A stretch of DNA of 64,000 nucleotides, from contig JAFGCH010000001.1 of assembly GCA_016932695.1 (NCBI GenBank), forward strand, positions 22,420 through 86,419. The letters are read 5' to 3'. Positions within the stretch are counted from its first letter, which is position 1. The number at the start of each line of letters is the position of its first letter. Shown piece after piece: positions 12,264 through 22,234 of the stretch. Source of the stretch: Acidimicrobiia bacterium (GTDB lineage Bacteria > Actinomycetota > Acidimicrobiia > Spongiisociales > UBA11373). The notes beneath the pieces were generated by a model. It ran no database searches. It was not told where the DNA came from and saw only the letters and a program-made list of their open reading frames with translations. A program made the position numbers and the translations under genes.

Positions 12264-13721
12264 TTGGCGCGGCCCCCAGCGGATGTCGGCCTCATCGGCC
12301 TGGCGGTGATGGGCCGGAACCTGGCGCTCAACATGGCCGACCACGGCTACACGGTGGCGGTGTTCAATCGGACCGTGTCCCGAGTGGATGAGTTGCTCGC
12401 CGGTGAGGCCCAAGGGAGGCGGATCATCGGCACTCGCTCCCTCGAGGAGCTGGTAGCTGCGCTGCGGCCTCCCCGCCGCATCCTCCTGATGGTCCAGGCA
12501 GGAGGAGCAGTCGACCACCTCATCGAGGCGCTTCGGGCCCTGTTGCAGCCGGGAGACATCATCATCGACGGGGGCAACTCGCACTACGCCGACACCATCA
12601 GGCGGACCGCCGTGGTGGAGGCACACCACCTGCTGTACGTGGGCATGGGCGTGTCCGGCGGGGAGGAAGGCGCCCGGCGCGGCCCTTCGCTGATGCCCGG
12701 AGGTTCGGCGGCGGCCTGGCCGCACCTGCGCGACCTCCTTCAAGCCATCGCCGCCCGCACTTCCGACGGCGAGCCCTGCTGCGACTGGGTGGGCGCCGAT
12801 GGAGCCGGCCACTACGTGAAGATGGTGCACAACGGCATCGAGTACGGCGACATGCAGCTCATCACCGAGGCGTACCAGCTGCTGCGGGACGGGCCCGGCC
12901 TCTCCAACGACGCGATGCACCAGGTCTTTGCCGAATGGAATCGAGGCGAACTCGATTCGTATCTCATCGAGATCACCCGCGACATCCTCGCGGTACGCGA
13001 CGAGAGCGGCCGCTACGTCCTCGACACCATCCTGGATACGGCCGGGCAGAAGGGCACCGGAAAGTGGACGGTGCAGTCTGCCGCTGATCTAGGCGTGCCC
13101 ATGACCCTGGTCGCCGAGGCGGTGTTCGCCCGGGCCCTGTCGGCCCTCAAGGACGACCGAGTGGCGGCCGCCGAGTCGCTCGCGGGCCCGCGGCCTACGT
13201 TTGTCGGTGATCCCGCCTCCTTCATCGAGGACGTCCGGCAGGCCGTCTACGCCGCCAAGATCGTCTCCTACGCCCAGGGCTTCATGCTCATGCGTGACGC
13301 CGCCGCCGAGCACAGTTGGGATCTCGACTACGGCGGCATCGCCCTCATGTGGCGTGAGGGCTGCATCATCCGCAGCCGGTTCCTCGGCGACATCCGCGCC
13401 GCTTTCTCCCGGAGGCCCGACCTGCCCAACCTGCTCCTGGACGATTTCTTCCGTGCTGCGGTGGACCGGGCGCAGCCGGGCTGGCGCCGGGTAGTGGCGC
13501 GGGCCACGGAGTGGGGGCTGCCCCTGCCGGCGATGTCGTCCGCCCTGGCCTTCTACGACGGCTACCGGAGCGCCCGCCTCCCGGCGAACCTGCTCCAGGC
13601 GCAGCGGGACTACTTCGGCGCCCACACCTACGAGCGGGTCGACCGCCCCCGCGGCGAGTTCTTCCATACCAACTGGACGGGGCGCGGCGGCTCGGTTTCC
13701 TCGACCACCTACAACGTCTAG
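12264..13721 (+). CDS. gnd: 6-phosphogluconate dehydrogenase (decarboxylating)
   Basis: TTG start 7 nt after AGGAGG. N-terminus IGLAVMGRNLALNMADHGY, a Rossmann fold. Internal motif HYVKMVHNGIEYGDMQLI matches Gnd. Confidence 0.85.
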   Translation: MARPPADVGLIGLAVMGRNLALNMADHGYTVAVFNRTVSRVDELLAGEAQGRRIIGTRSLEELVAALRPPRRILLMVQAGGAVDHLIEALRALLQPGDIIIDGGNSHYADTIRRTAVVEAHHLLYVGMGVSGGEEGARRGPSLMPGGSAAAWPHLRDLLQAIAARTSDGEPCCDWVGADGAGHYVKMVHNGIEYGDMQLITEAYQLLRDGPGLSNDAMHQVFAEWNRGELDSYLIEITRDILAVRDESGRYVLDTILDTAGQKGTGKWTVQSAADLGVPMTLVAEAVFARALSALKDDRVAAAESLAGPRPTFVGDPASFIEDVRQAVYAAKIVSYAQGFMLMRDAAAEHSWDLDYGGIALMWREGCIIRSRFLGDIRAAFSRRPDLPNLLLDDFFRAAVDRAQPGWRRVVARATEWGLPLPAMSSALAFYDGYRSARLPANLLQAQRDYFGAHTYERVDRPRGEFFHTNWTGRGGSVSSTTYNV

Positions 13722-13725
13722 GGGC

Positions 13726-15018
13726 TCAGGCTCCGTCGCCGGCGTCGTCGCCGGCGCTCTCGCCCGACTCCTCCTGGAACTCGAAGACCAGGTCCCCGAT
13801 CTGCACCTCGTCGCCGGGCAGCGCGCCGGCGCGCCTCAGGGCCTCATCAACCCCGGCGCGGCTCAAGCGGCGCGCGGCGAAGTCGGCGGCCTCGGGCACG
13901 GTGAGGTCGTCGAGTGCCACGGCTCGCTCGGCGGCCTTGCCCCGCACCACCCAGCGTTCCCCCTCCCGGTGCACGGTGAAGCCCGGGGGCGCCGGGCGGT
14001 GCAGCAGGTAGCCCGGGCGCTGGGGAGCCTCCCGCACTGCCTCTTCCACCAGATCCGCGACGGCGTGCATCAGGGCCGGCAGGCCGGCGCCGGTGATCGC
14101 CGACACCAGGAACACAGGCCGTCCCAGCGCCGCCTCCAAGGAGGTCGCTGCCTCGGCAGCTTCGGGCATGTCCGCCTTGTTCACCGCCACCACCCGGGGT
14201 CGCGCTGCCAGGGCCGAATCGTGACGCTGCAGCTCGCTCAGCAGGACACCGTGCTGGCGAGCGACCGAAGCCTCCTGCAGCGGGGAGGGATCCAGCAGGA
14301 GCAGCAGCGCCCGGGCCCTCTCGACGTGCCGCAAGAAGGCGTGGCCCAGCCCCCGCCCCTCGGCCGCCCCTTCGATCAAGCCGGGGATGTCGGCGAGGAC
14401 GAACTGGCGATCGTCGACCTCCACCACCCCCAGGTTGGGCTCCAGGGTGGTGAAGGGGTAGTCGGCCACTTTGGGACGCGCCGCCGACACCCGCGAGATC
14501 AGCGTGCTCTTACCGGCGTTGGGGAAGCCGATGATGGCGGCGTCGGCCACCAGCTTGAGCTCCAGGGTGAACTCGGCTTCCTCGCCGTACTCCCCCTGCT
14601 CGGCAAACGTAGGGGCCACGTGCCGAGGGCCGGCCAGAGCCGCGTTCCCCCGGCCGCCCCGCCCTCCCTGCACCAGCTGGACTCTCGCCCCAGGCTCGGT
14701 GAGGTCGGCGAGGATCGTGCCGGCGGCGTCCCGCACCACCGTCCCCACCGGAACTGCCAGCACCAGGTCGGTCCCCCGGCGGCCGTGCTGGAGGTCGCCC
14801 CGGCCGTGGGTGCCCGCGCCGGCCCGCCGATGCGGATGGCGCCGGAACTCGAGCAGGGTGACCACCTCGGGATCGGCGACCGCGACGACATCGCCACCGC
14901 CACCGCCCGAGCCGCCCTCGGGACGGCCTCGGGGCTTCCCTCGCTCCTTGTGGAACGAGGCCACCCCGGCACCGCCGTCACCGGCTCGTACCCGGACCCG
15001 GGTCTCGTCGATGAACAC
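13726..15018 (-). CDS. obg: GTPase Obg
   Basis: Obg fold MFIDETRVRVRAGDGGAG...; G1 motif GFPNAGKST; DIPGLIEGA. Acidic C-terminal tail. Confidence 0.9.
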   Translation of the reverse strand: MFIDETRVRVRAGDGGAGVASFHKERGKPRGRPEGGSGGGGGDVVAVADPEVVTLLEFRRHPHRRAGAGTHGRGDLQHGRRGTDLVLAVPVGTVVRDAAGTILADLTEPGARVQLVQGGRGGRGNAALAGPRHVAPTFAEQGEYGEEAEFTLELKLVADAAIIGFPNAGKSTLISRVSAARPKVADYPFTTLEPNLGVVEVDDRQFVLADIPGLIEGAAEGRGLGHAFLRHVERARALLLLLDPSPLQEASVARQHGVLLSELQRHDSALAARPRVVAVNKADMPEAAEAATSLEAALGRPVFLVSAITGAGLPALMHAVADLVEEAVREAPQRPGYLLHRPAPPGFTVHREGERWVVRGKAAERAVALDDLTVPEAADFAARRLSRAGVDEALRRAGALPGDEVQIGDLVFEFQEESGESAGDDAGDGA

Positions 15019-15039
15019 GGCCCTCCCCGGGCCTAGGCG

Positions 15040-15294
15040 TCAGTCCTCGGGGACGACGCTGACGAGGCGCCGGCCCCGGCGCTCCCCGTAGGCGACCCGG
15101 CCGCTGGCCGAGGCGAACAGCGTGTCGTCCCCGCCCCGGCCGACGTTGTCGCCGGGGTGGATGCGGGTGCCGCGCTGGCGCACCAGGATGGCGCCGGCCT
15201 TCACCTGCTGCCCGTCGAAGACCTTGGGGCCGAGGCGCTTGGCCTCCGACTCGCGACCATTCTTGGTGGAACCGCCACCCTTCGTCTTCGACAT
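15040..15294 (-). CDS. rpmA: 50S ribosomal protein L27
   Basis: [31 protein letters not shown], a canonical L27. Confidence 0.9.
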   Translation of the reverse strand: MSKTKGGGSTKNGRESEAKRLGPKVFDGQQVKAGAILVRQRGTRIHPGDNVGRGGDDTLFASASGRVAYGERRGRRLVSVVPED

Positions 15295-15890
15295 CAGGAC
15301 TCCTTCTTGGTGGCCGCCGCCTTGGGGGCTGCCTTCTTGGGGGTGGGTTTGGGGGTGGGTTTGGCGGTGGCTTTCGTCGATGCCGCCCCGGCGGTGCTCG
15401 CCGGCTTGGCTGCCGACTTCTTGGTGGCCGCCTTGGGAGCGGCTTTGGGAGCTGCCTTCTTGGGGGCTGCCTTCTTGGGAGCCGCCTTCTCCTTGGGGAC
15501 TGCCGCCTCGGCCGCCGGCTCCTCTGCCGGGGCCGCCTGGGGCGCCTTCTTCTTGGAGGGCACCTCACGGCGCACCGCGCCCTCGGGGCCTTCGATGCGG
15601 GTGACCTCGAGGGTCGTATAGCGCTGACGATGGCCCAATTGACGGCGGTAGCCGGTCTTGGCCTTGTACTTGAAGATGTCGACCTTGGGCCCGGAAGAGT
15701 CCCCCACCACCCGGGCTATCACCCGGGCGCCCTTCAGGACATCACGGTGAGAGAACACCGTCCCGGCATCGTCGACGACGAGAAGCGGGGCGAAGTCGAT
15801 CTCGCCTTCAGCGCGCAGGTGCTCGACGTCGATGACGTCGCCCTCACGCACTTTGGCCTGCTTCCCGCCGGTGCGGATGATCGCGTACAT
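15294..15890 (-). CDS. rplU: 50S ribosomal protein L21 with Lys/Ala/Pro-rich C-terminal extension
   Basis: [23 protein letters not shown] is the L21 core (about 100 aa). It is followed by about 95 aa of [13 protein letters not shown]-type repeats. Confidence 0.85.
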   Translation of the reverse strand: MYAIIRTGGKQAKVREGDVIDVEHLRAEGEIDFAPLLVVDDAGTVFSHRDVLKGARVIARVVGDSSGPKVDIFKYKAKTGYRRQLGHRQRYTTLEVTRIEGPEGAVRREVPSKKKAPQAAPAEEPAAEAAVPKEKAAPKKAAPKKAAPKAAPKAATKKSAAKPASTAGAASTKATAKPTPKPTPKKAAPKAAATKKES

Positions 15891-15970
15891 GGTTCGAAGT
15901 CCTTCAGGACGGGGGAACGCCCCGGCATGTTAGCGCCCACCCAACGGCAGAGGACGCGCCTGCCCCGGTC

Positions 15971-17503
15971 TCAGGCATCCGCCTCTTCCACCCAGGGCAC
16001 GGGGCCGCCCGAGGTGGCCGCTTCCTCGAAGAGCAGCACACCGCGTCCGCCGCATTGCTGGCACACCCGCGAGAACGACTCCAGCAACCCCTCGGAGACG
16101 TTCTTGCGGGTCATCTCCACCAGGCCGAGATGAGACACGTCGAATACCTGGGTGCGGGTCTTGTCCTTGGCCAGGGATTCGCGCAGCTTCTGCAGCACCG
16201 CCTCCCGGTTCCGGATCACCTCCATGTCGATGAAATCGATCACGATGATCCCGCCGATGTCCCGGAGGCGCAGCTGGTGGGCGATCTCCTCCGCCGCCTC
16301 CAGGTTGTTCTGCAGCACCGTCTCCTCCAGGGAGGAGTGGCCCACGAAGCGCCCCGTGTTCACATCGATCACCGTCAGGGCTTCGGTACGGTCGACGACG
16401 ACGTGGCCCCCACTGGGCAGCCAGACCTTGCGGTCGAGAGCCTTGCGTAGCTGGTCCTGAACGTGGAAGCGCTCGAACAGCGGGATCTCGTCGGCGTAGA
16501 GGTGGACTCGCGGCACCAGATCGGGATCGGTGGCCTCCAGGTACGCCACTACCCCCCGGTGGATCTCGGGGTCATCCACAAGCAGACGGCGGAACTCCGC
16601 GGTGAAGTGCTCGCGAATGACCCGGATGACCAGGTCGGGCTCCTCGTACAGCAACCGGGGGGCGCCTGCCTGCTCGATCTTGGCCGTCAGGCCCTGCCAC
16701 ACCTGGCGCAATCGCTCGATGTCGGCGCGCAGTTCCTCCTCGCTGGCTTCCTCGGCAGCGGTGCGCACTATGACCCCAAAGCCCTCCGGACTGAGATCGG
16801 CCATGAGGCGCCGCAGGCGCTCTCGCTCCGGGTCGGGCAGCCGACGGCTGATCCCCCTGATCTCGGAGTCGGGGGCCAGGACCAGGTAACGCCCGGGCAG
16901 GCTCACCTGGTTGGTGAGCCGGGCCCCCTTGGTGCCCATGGCGTCCTTGGTCACCTGCACCAGGATCTCATCACCCACCTTCAAGGCCTTCTCGATCCGG
17001 GGATGCCTCCCGCCGTTGGCCCGGGGATCGGCCTGGACGTCACCGGCATAGAGCACCCCGTTCTTGGCCTCGCCAAAGTCGATGAAGGCGGCCTCCATCC
17101 CCGGCAGCACGTTGCGCACCTTGCCCAGGTAGATATTGCCTGCCAGCGACCGCCGATCCGATCGAGCCACGTAGTGCTCCACGAGCAGCGCCCCTTCGAG
17201 CACCACGATCTGGGTCTGGTGGGGCGTGCGCCGGATGAGCATCTGCTTGCGCTCGGTCTCCGGCGCCGGGATCACCGGTTCCGGGTAGGGAACCGGGCGA
17301 CGCCTCGGCCGTTCCCGCCGAGCCGGGCGCAACCGGGGCGCGCCTTCGGGCCGGGGGCGCGTCTCGACCGGGGGCGCTACCTCGCGGACGCGGCGGATCT
17401 CGACGGTGCGCCCCCCCACACGGCGCACCTTCTTCTCTTCGACGGCCTGCTCGCCCACACCTCGGCGGACGACCTCGGCTCGATTCCGACGCAGGAAACC
17501 CAT
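15971..17503 (-). CDS. rne: Ribonuclease E/G family endoribonuclease
   Basis: S1 domain and RNase E/G catalytic core (NIYLGKVRNVLPGMEAAFIDFG...; DVNTGRFVG; C-terminal CQQCGGRG zinc-link). Arg-rich N-terminus. The start was set at the ATG giving MGFLRRNRAEVV; the track ORF extends further. Confidence 0.8.
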   Translation of the reverse strand: MGFLRRNRAEVVRRGVGEQAVEEKKVRRVGGRTVEIRRVREVAPPVETRPRPEGAPRLRPARRERPRRRPVPYPEPVIPAPETERKQMLIRRTPHQTQIVVLEGALLVEHYVARSDRRSLAGNIYLGKVRNVLPGMEAAFIDFGEAKNGVLYAGDVQADPRANGGRHPRIEKALKVGDEILVQVTKDAMGTKGARLTNQVSLPGRYLVLAPDSEIRGISRRLPDPERERLRRLMADLSPEGFGVIVRTAAEEASEEELRADIERLRQVWQGLTAKIEQAGAPRLLYEEPDLVIRVIREHFTAEFRRLLVDDPEIHRGVVAYLEATDPDLVPRVHLYADEIPLFERFHVQDQLRKALDRKVWLPSGGHVVVDRTEALTVIDVNTGRFVGHSSLEETVLQNNLEAAEEIAHQLRLRDIGGIIVIDFIDMEVIRNREAVLQKLRESLAKDKTRTQVFDVSHLGLVEMTRKNVSEGLLESFSRVCQQCGGRGVLLFEEAATSGGPVPWVEEADA

Positions 17504-17799
17504 TGATGTACTCCTCCGGCGCCCGTAGAAGGGGGCGCCGCTACCCAAACACTGCGTTGCCGACCGGGATGCAGGGAGCGCGCCGCGCCGCAACCGTGGC
17601 GCGGCCGAATACCGCCCGGGGCCGGGGAGAGAAGCCGGCGCCGGGAAGAGAAGCCGGGGTAAGGCACCGCGGGGCTCCGTTCGATCCGGGTCGGGTGCCG
17701 CCGGCCGGTCAAATGCGCATGCCGGCGGCGGACGAGCGAGGTTACCACGGGGATCCCCCAACCCGGCGCACCCCACGGCGCGCCCCCGGCAGGATAACC

Positions 17800-17820
17800 T
17801 CGCCTCTCAGAGGGAGAGGC
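17800..17820 (-). terminator. Hairpin (8-bp GC stem) overlapping the tdk stop codon
   Basis: CGCCTCTC-AGAGG-GAGAGGCG is a perfect inverted repeat. There is no U tract. Confidence 0.25.
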
Positions 17821-18388
17821 GCTCCTGATACGACTCCCCCGGGTTGTAGCAGTAGCGGCACCGGGCCTCGTAGGCCCCCTCGGCGCCCAGCACCACCAGC
17901 TCGTCAGACTCGATCACCCTCTGGGTGAACATGCCCGCACCGCCGCACCGATGGCACACCGCCAAGCTCTTGGTGACGTACTCGGCACGGGTCATCAACG
18001 TCGGGATCGGCTCGAAGGGCCGGCCCAGGTAGTCGAGGTCGAGGCCGGCCACAATCACCCGCTTGCCCGCCGCCGCCAGCCGCTCCACCACCTCGACCAG
18101 GCCGAAGTCGAAGAACTGGCCCTCGTCGACACCGACCACGACCGTGCGGTCCTGCACGGCTCGCAGCAGGGCGGCGCTATCGGGCACGGGCTCGGCGGCC
18201 ACCGATAGGGCGCTGTGGGACACCACCTCGGCCTTGCCGAACCGGTCGTCGATGGCCGGCTTGAAGGTCTGGGTGGGAACTCGGGCGATCTGGTAGCGCA
18301 CCATCCGACGGATGAGCTCTTCGCTCTTGCCGGAGAACATCGGGCCGCAAATGACCTCGACCCACCCCCGGGAATCCCGCCGATCCAT
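17807..18388 (-). CDS. tdk: Thymidine kinase
   Basis: MDRRDSRGWVEVICGPMFSGKSEELIRR (P-loop) and C-terminal zinc ribbon CHRCGG...CRYC. The track ORF 17807..19753 fuses it with out-of-frame rodA sequence. Confidence 0.85.
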   Translation of the reverse strand: MDRRDSRGWVEVICGPMFSGKSEELIRRMVRYQIARVPTQTFKPAIDDRFGKAEVVSHSALSVAAEPVPDSAALLRAVQDRTVVVGVDEGQFFDFGLVEVVERLAAAGKRVIVAGLDLDYLGRPFEPIPTLMTRAEYVTKSLAVCHRCGGAGMFTQRVIESDELVVLGAEGAYEARCRYCYNPGESYQERLSL

Positions 18389-18429
18389 GGGCACAGCGTA
18401 GCCGGGCCCGGGCCGGCGACGCCGGGCGT

Positions 18430-19590
18430 CTACAGCAGAAACCGCTCCCCGGGCACCGGGGAGCGACGCAGCCACACGGAGTGCACCATGCCCAGCCCGA
18501 GCGCCATCGCCAAATAGAAGGACCCGCCGTAACTCATGAAGGGAAGGGGCAGCCCGGTGACCGGCATGAGCCGCTGGGTCATGCCCACATTGACGAACAC
18601 ATGGAACACCACCATGGCCGCCGTCCCCACTCCCAGCAGGTACCCGAACCGGTCGCGGGCGGCGGCGGCCGTCATCAGCAGCCGCCACACCACCAAGGCA
18701 AACAGGGCAAGCACCAGCGCCGAGCCGGCGAAACCGAGCTGCTCGGCGACCGCGGTGAAGATGAAATCGGTGCGCTGGGCCGGCACGAACGCCCCGTTGG
18801 TCTGGGTCCCCTGTGACAGGCCCCGGCCGAAGAGCCCCCCGCTGGCAATGGCGATCTGGCTCTGGGTCTGGTTGTAGTTGAGGGTCAGCTCGGCCTCGCC
18901 GGAGTTGAGGAAGCCGGTGAGCCGGTCCAACTGGTACTCCTTGAGGATGTCCATCTGGAAGGCGATGGCCACTGCAATCAGCGCCCCCACCAACAGCAGG
19001 GCGATCTGGCGAACGCCGGCGCCTGCCACGAACAGCATGACCAGCGTGATGAAGCCGAAGGTCAGCATGGTGCCCAGGTCGGGCTGCACGAAGATGAGAG
19101 CGGAGGGCACGGCCATCAGGGCAACGGCCTGGCCGATGCGAGCCCAGCCCACGCGGGCTCCCTCCGTCGCGGAAAGCAGTGCAGCCAGCACCAGGATCAT
19201 GGCCGGCTTGGCGAACTCCGACGGCTGGAGGTCGATGGGACCTAAGGGAATCCACCGCTGCGCCCCGGAGCGCAGCGTCCCAAGCGGGGTGAGCACCACG
19301 AGCAGCAGCAGCACCGTGGCCAGGTAGGCATAGGGCGATAGCGCCTTCCATCGGCGGTCGCTGATGAACGAGCCAACCGAGAACACCACCACGCCGGTGG
19401 CCATGAAGAAGGCCTGGCGCACCATATCGCCGGCAGGGTCCAGCCCCCCCGCCTCGTTGCGGGGCGCGGTGACGGTGTAGATCATCAGCAGGCCGAGGGC
19501 GCTCAGCGCGGCGACCCCGAGGATCAGCAAGAGGTCCGGCCGGGAGCGGGCCCGGCGGGTCTTGAGGGTGATCTCGCCGAGGACGGCCAT
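18430..19590 (-). CDS. rodA: Rod shape-determining protein RodA (SEDS family)
   Basis: ATG at 19590 overlaps the PBP2 stop (ATGA). Ten-TM FtsW/RodA topology; motifs PSEFAKP and QxD. Confidence 0.85.
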   Translation of the reverse strand: MAVLGEITLKTRRARSRPDLLLILGVAALSALGLLMIYTVTAPRNEAGGLDPAGDMVRQAFFMATGVVVFSVGSFISDRRWKALSPYAYLATVLLLLVVLTPLGTLRSGAQRWIPLGPIDLQPSEFAKPAMILVLAALLSATEGARVGWARIGQAVALMAVPSALIFVQPDLGTMLTFGFITLVMLFVAGAGVRQIALLLVGALIAVAIAFQMDILKEYQLDRLTGFLNSGEAELTLNYNQTQSQIAIASGGLFGRGLSQGTQTNGAFVPAQRTDFIFTAVAEQLGFAGSALVLALFALVVWRLLMTAAAARDRFGYLLGVGTAAMVVFHVFVNVGMTQRLMPVTGLPLPFMSYGGSFYLAMALGLGMVHSVWLRRSPVPGERFLL

Positions 19591-21737
19591 CAGTCGGTGT
19601 CCTCTCCGCCGCGAATGGCCTGGACTTCCTCCCCCATGAGGTACTGAAGGATGGCCCGCGCGGTAGGAGCGGCGATCTTGCCGCCGGATCCACCCTCCTC
19701 GATGACCACCGCCACGACGTACTGGGGGTTGTCGAGAGGAGCCACTCCCACAAACCAGGCGGTGTCCACTTCGGGGATCGACTGCACCGTGACCCCGGGG
19801 AAGTCCTCCGGCCGCTCCTCCACGAAGTCGGCTGTGGCCTCGGTCACTTGGGCTGCCAGGGTGAAAGTTGCCCCATCGCCGGCGGCTTCGAACTGCGCCC
19901 GGATCTCCACTACCGACTCGCCCAGCAAGACGGCGAGGTTGGCGATCAGCTCGGCTTCGCGCCAGCTGGGGACGGCGGCCTGGTCGATCACCAGTTCGTC
20001 GTACGGGAGGCGGATCTGCGCGGTGCCGGTCTTGCCGCCTACCTGGGAGAGGCTCTCCCCGAAGTCCCGGAACGCGGCATAGGCAGTCCCCTTGTCGGAG
20101 GCCACCACTCCGTGGAGGTCGGCCCGCAGGCTGGCCACCGTCTCCGGCTGGATGTCGACCAAGCTCACCACGCTCGGCACGTTGGTGAAGATCGTCCGAT
20201 CGGCTGAGTCGCGGAGCTCGGCCACCACCCGGGGCCGCCACAGGGTGCCCCCATTCACCAGTGCGGCATAGGCGTTGGCCAGCTGCAGCGGGGTGCAGAC
20301 CATGGCGCCCTGGCCGATCGCCATGTTCATGAGGTCGCCACCCGACCAGGCGCCGTCCAGCCGCACCAACCCCGTCTTGTTGATCTGGTGGTACTGGAAC
20401 CACTCCCGATCGGGCACGATGCCGGCCTGCTCGAACGGCAGGTCGATGCCGGTGGCCATTCCGAAGCCCATCGACCGGGCCCAGTTCTGCAACAGGTTCT
20501 CGCTCCAGTCCAGCCCGGCCCGGTTCCACACCTCCAGGGCGATCCCCCAGTAGTAGTTGTCCGAAGACACCTGGAGCGATGAGTGGATGTTGACCAGGCC
20601 GTGGACCTTCCAGTCCCTGAGCAGCGGGGTGTTGGGGAACTTCAGGTCGCCGTCGGCATAGAAGGAGGTGGGATCGTTGGGATCCAAGCGGTCGGCGTAT
20701 TGCTCCTGCTCGATCGTCGGGTAGATCTCCTCCTCCAACGCCAAGGTGTAAGGCACCACCTTGAAGGCGGAGGCCGGCGGGTACAGGCCCTGAATAGCGA
20801 AGTTGTTCAACGCCGCCGTCTCCTGCAGGCGGGCCCACTCCTCATCGCTGATGCGGCCGGTGGAGAACAGGCTGGGGTCGAAGGCCGGCACCGAGGCGAG
20901 GGCCAGGACCGATCCGTCCCGCGGGTCGAGCACCACCGCCGCCGCCCGCACCGGCTCCTTGCCGTCGCGCCGGGAGAGCGAGATGCCGTCGTAGAGAGCC
21001 CGCTCCACGAACTCCTGGAGGGCGAAGTCGATGTTGGTGATCGCCGTGCCCCCGGCTCGCGGGACCACCTCGTCGATGATCCCCAGCACCTGGCCGCCGG
21101 CATTCACCCGGTAGGTGATGCGCCCCGAGGTGCCGCGCAGCAGGCCGTCGTACTCCTTCTCGATGCCGAAGCGACCGACGCGGTCACGCACCGTGATCCC
21201 GGGGCGCTCCAGGTCCTCATCGGCCGGTGCCCCGATGTAGCCCAGCACATGGGCCGCCGTCTCGCCCTGTGGATAGACCCGCACCGGCACCGGCTCCACG
21301 ACGATCCCGGGGAAGTCCTCGATGTGCTCCAGCACGAAGACCGCCACCGACTCCGAGATCTCCTCGCCGAGGGGGAAGCGAGCCCCTTCCCCGGCTTCAT
21401 CGAACCGGCTGCGGATGTCGGAGGCCGGCATGCCGAGCAAGGCCGCCAGGTGGTTGATCAGAGCCTCCTCCCGCTCCTCCGGCACCAGCTTGCGGTCGAT
21501 CACCAGCCGGCGGGAGGCCACCGTCCCCGCCAAGAGCACGGTGCCGGTGCGGTCGTAGATGTCGCCCCGGGGAGCCTCGATGGCCACCACCCGGATCTGC
21601 TGCTGCTCCGCCACCTCGAGCGCCGATGCCAGCGTGCTCACCTGCAGATACCACAGCCGGAGGACGAGCACGGTGAAGAGGGAGGCGAAGACCGCCCCTA
21701 CGGCCACCAGGCGCCAGGCCCGGTTCAAAGGTCCCAC
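19590..21737 (-). CDS. mrdA: Penicillin-binding protein 2 (class B transpeptidase)
   Basis: TM anchor then PBP dimerisation and transpeptidase domains; SxxK (ASAFK), SxN and KTG (GGKTGTAQ) motifs. The start was set at GTG 21737 or TTG 21728 overlapping the mreD stop. Confidence 0.8.
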   Translation of the reverse strand: MGPLNRAWRLVAVGAVFASLFTVLVLRLWYLQVSTLASALEVAEQQQIRVVAIEAPRGDIYDRTGTVLLAGTVASRRLVIDRKLVPEEREEALINHLAALLGMPASDIRSRFDEAGEGARFPLGEEISESVAVFVLEHIEDFPGIVVEPVPVRVYPQGETAAHVLGYIGAPADEDLERPGITVRDRVGRFGIEKEYDGLLRGTSGRITYRVNAGGQVLGIIDEVVPRAGGTAITNIDFALQEFVERALYDGISLSRRDGKEPVRAAAVVLDPRDGSVLALASVPAFDPSLFSTGRISDEEWARLQETAALNNFAIQGLYPPASAFKVVPYTLALEEEIYPTIEQEQYADRLDPNDPTSFYADGDLKFPNTPLLRDWKVHGLVNIHSSLQVSSDNYYWGIALEVWNRAGLDWSENLLQNWARSMGFGMATGIDLPFEQAGIVPDREWFQYHQINKTGLVRLDGAWSGGDLMNMAIGQGAMVCTPLQLANAYAALVNGGTLWRPRVVAELRDSADRTIFTNVPSVVSLVDIQPETVASLRADLHGVVASDKGTAYAAFRDFGESLSQVGGKTGTAQIRLPYDELVIDQAAVPSWREAELIANLAVLLGESVVEIRAQFEAAGDGATFTLAAQVTEATADFVEERPEDFPGVTVQSIPEVDTAWFVGVAPLDNPQYVVAVVIEEGGSGGKIAAPTARAILQYLMGEEVQAIRGGEDTD

Positions 21738-22234
21738 CCCGGGCGGCCCCCGCGCTCCCCGATGAGCCGGGTGATCGGCGGAAGGACCAGCGGCGTGAGT
21801 ATCACGTTGTATACCGCGGGCAGCAGCATCTTGCGCACCACCTGGGCGTCGGCCAGTGTCTGCTCCCCGAAGATCGTACCGAGAAGCGCGTACATTGCCA
21901 GCGCCGCGAAAGAGATCAAGAACACCCCGGGGACCAGCAGGGTCACGTCGTCCTCGAAACGCCGCCGCAGGCGCACCGTGGCGAAGGCCACCGTGGTGAG
22001 CACCAGCGCCCAGAGGCCCAGGGCGCTCTCCGACAACAGGTCGAGCAGCAGCCCGGTGCTGAAGCCCACCAGCAGCGAAGGCACCCGTCCCAGGTGACGG
22101 GTCACCGCCAGGGTGATCAGCAGCGCCAGAGCCGGCGATGCCCCAAACGGCCGCAGCCGCACGAAGAGCGTCGTCTGCAGGGCCGCCCCGAGTATCACGA
22201 GGGCGACGGCGACCGCCGTCCTGCGCCACTTCAC
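21725..22234 (-). CDS. mreD: Rod shape-determining protein MreD
   Basis: 169-aa polytopic membrane protein at the expected position after mreC. Its start overlaps the mreC stop (ATGA). Confidence 0.65.
   Translation of the reverse strand: MKWRRTAVAVALVILGAALQTTLFVRLRPFGASPALALLITLAVTRHLGRVPSLLVGFSTGLLLDLLSESALGLWALVLTTVAFATVRLRRRFEDDVTLLVPGVFLISFAALAMYALLGTIFGEQTLADAQVVRKMLLPAVYNVILTPLVLPPITRLIGERGGRPGWDL

Noticed and set aside
17807-19753. 648-aa ORF fusing tdk with upstream sequence
   Set aside because: Only the C-terminal 193 aa are thymidine kinase. The remainder is the out-of-frame shadow of rodA.
19590-22229. PBP2 ORF extended 5' by about 160 codons over mreD
   Set aside because: The extension is Gly/Arg/Ala-rich and overlaps the mreD coding frame. 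The start was reset at the TM anchor (GTG/TTG near 21730).
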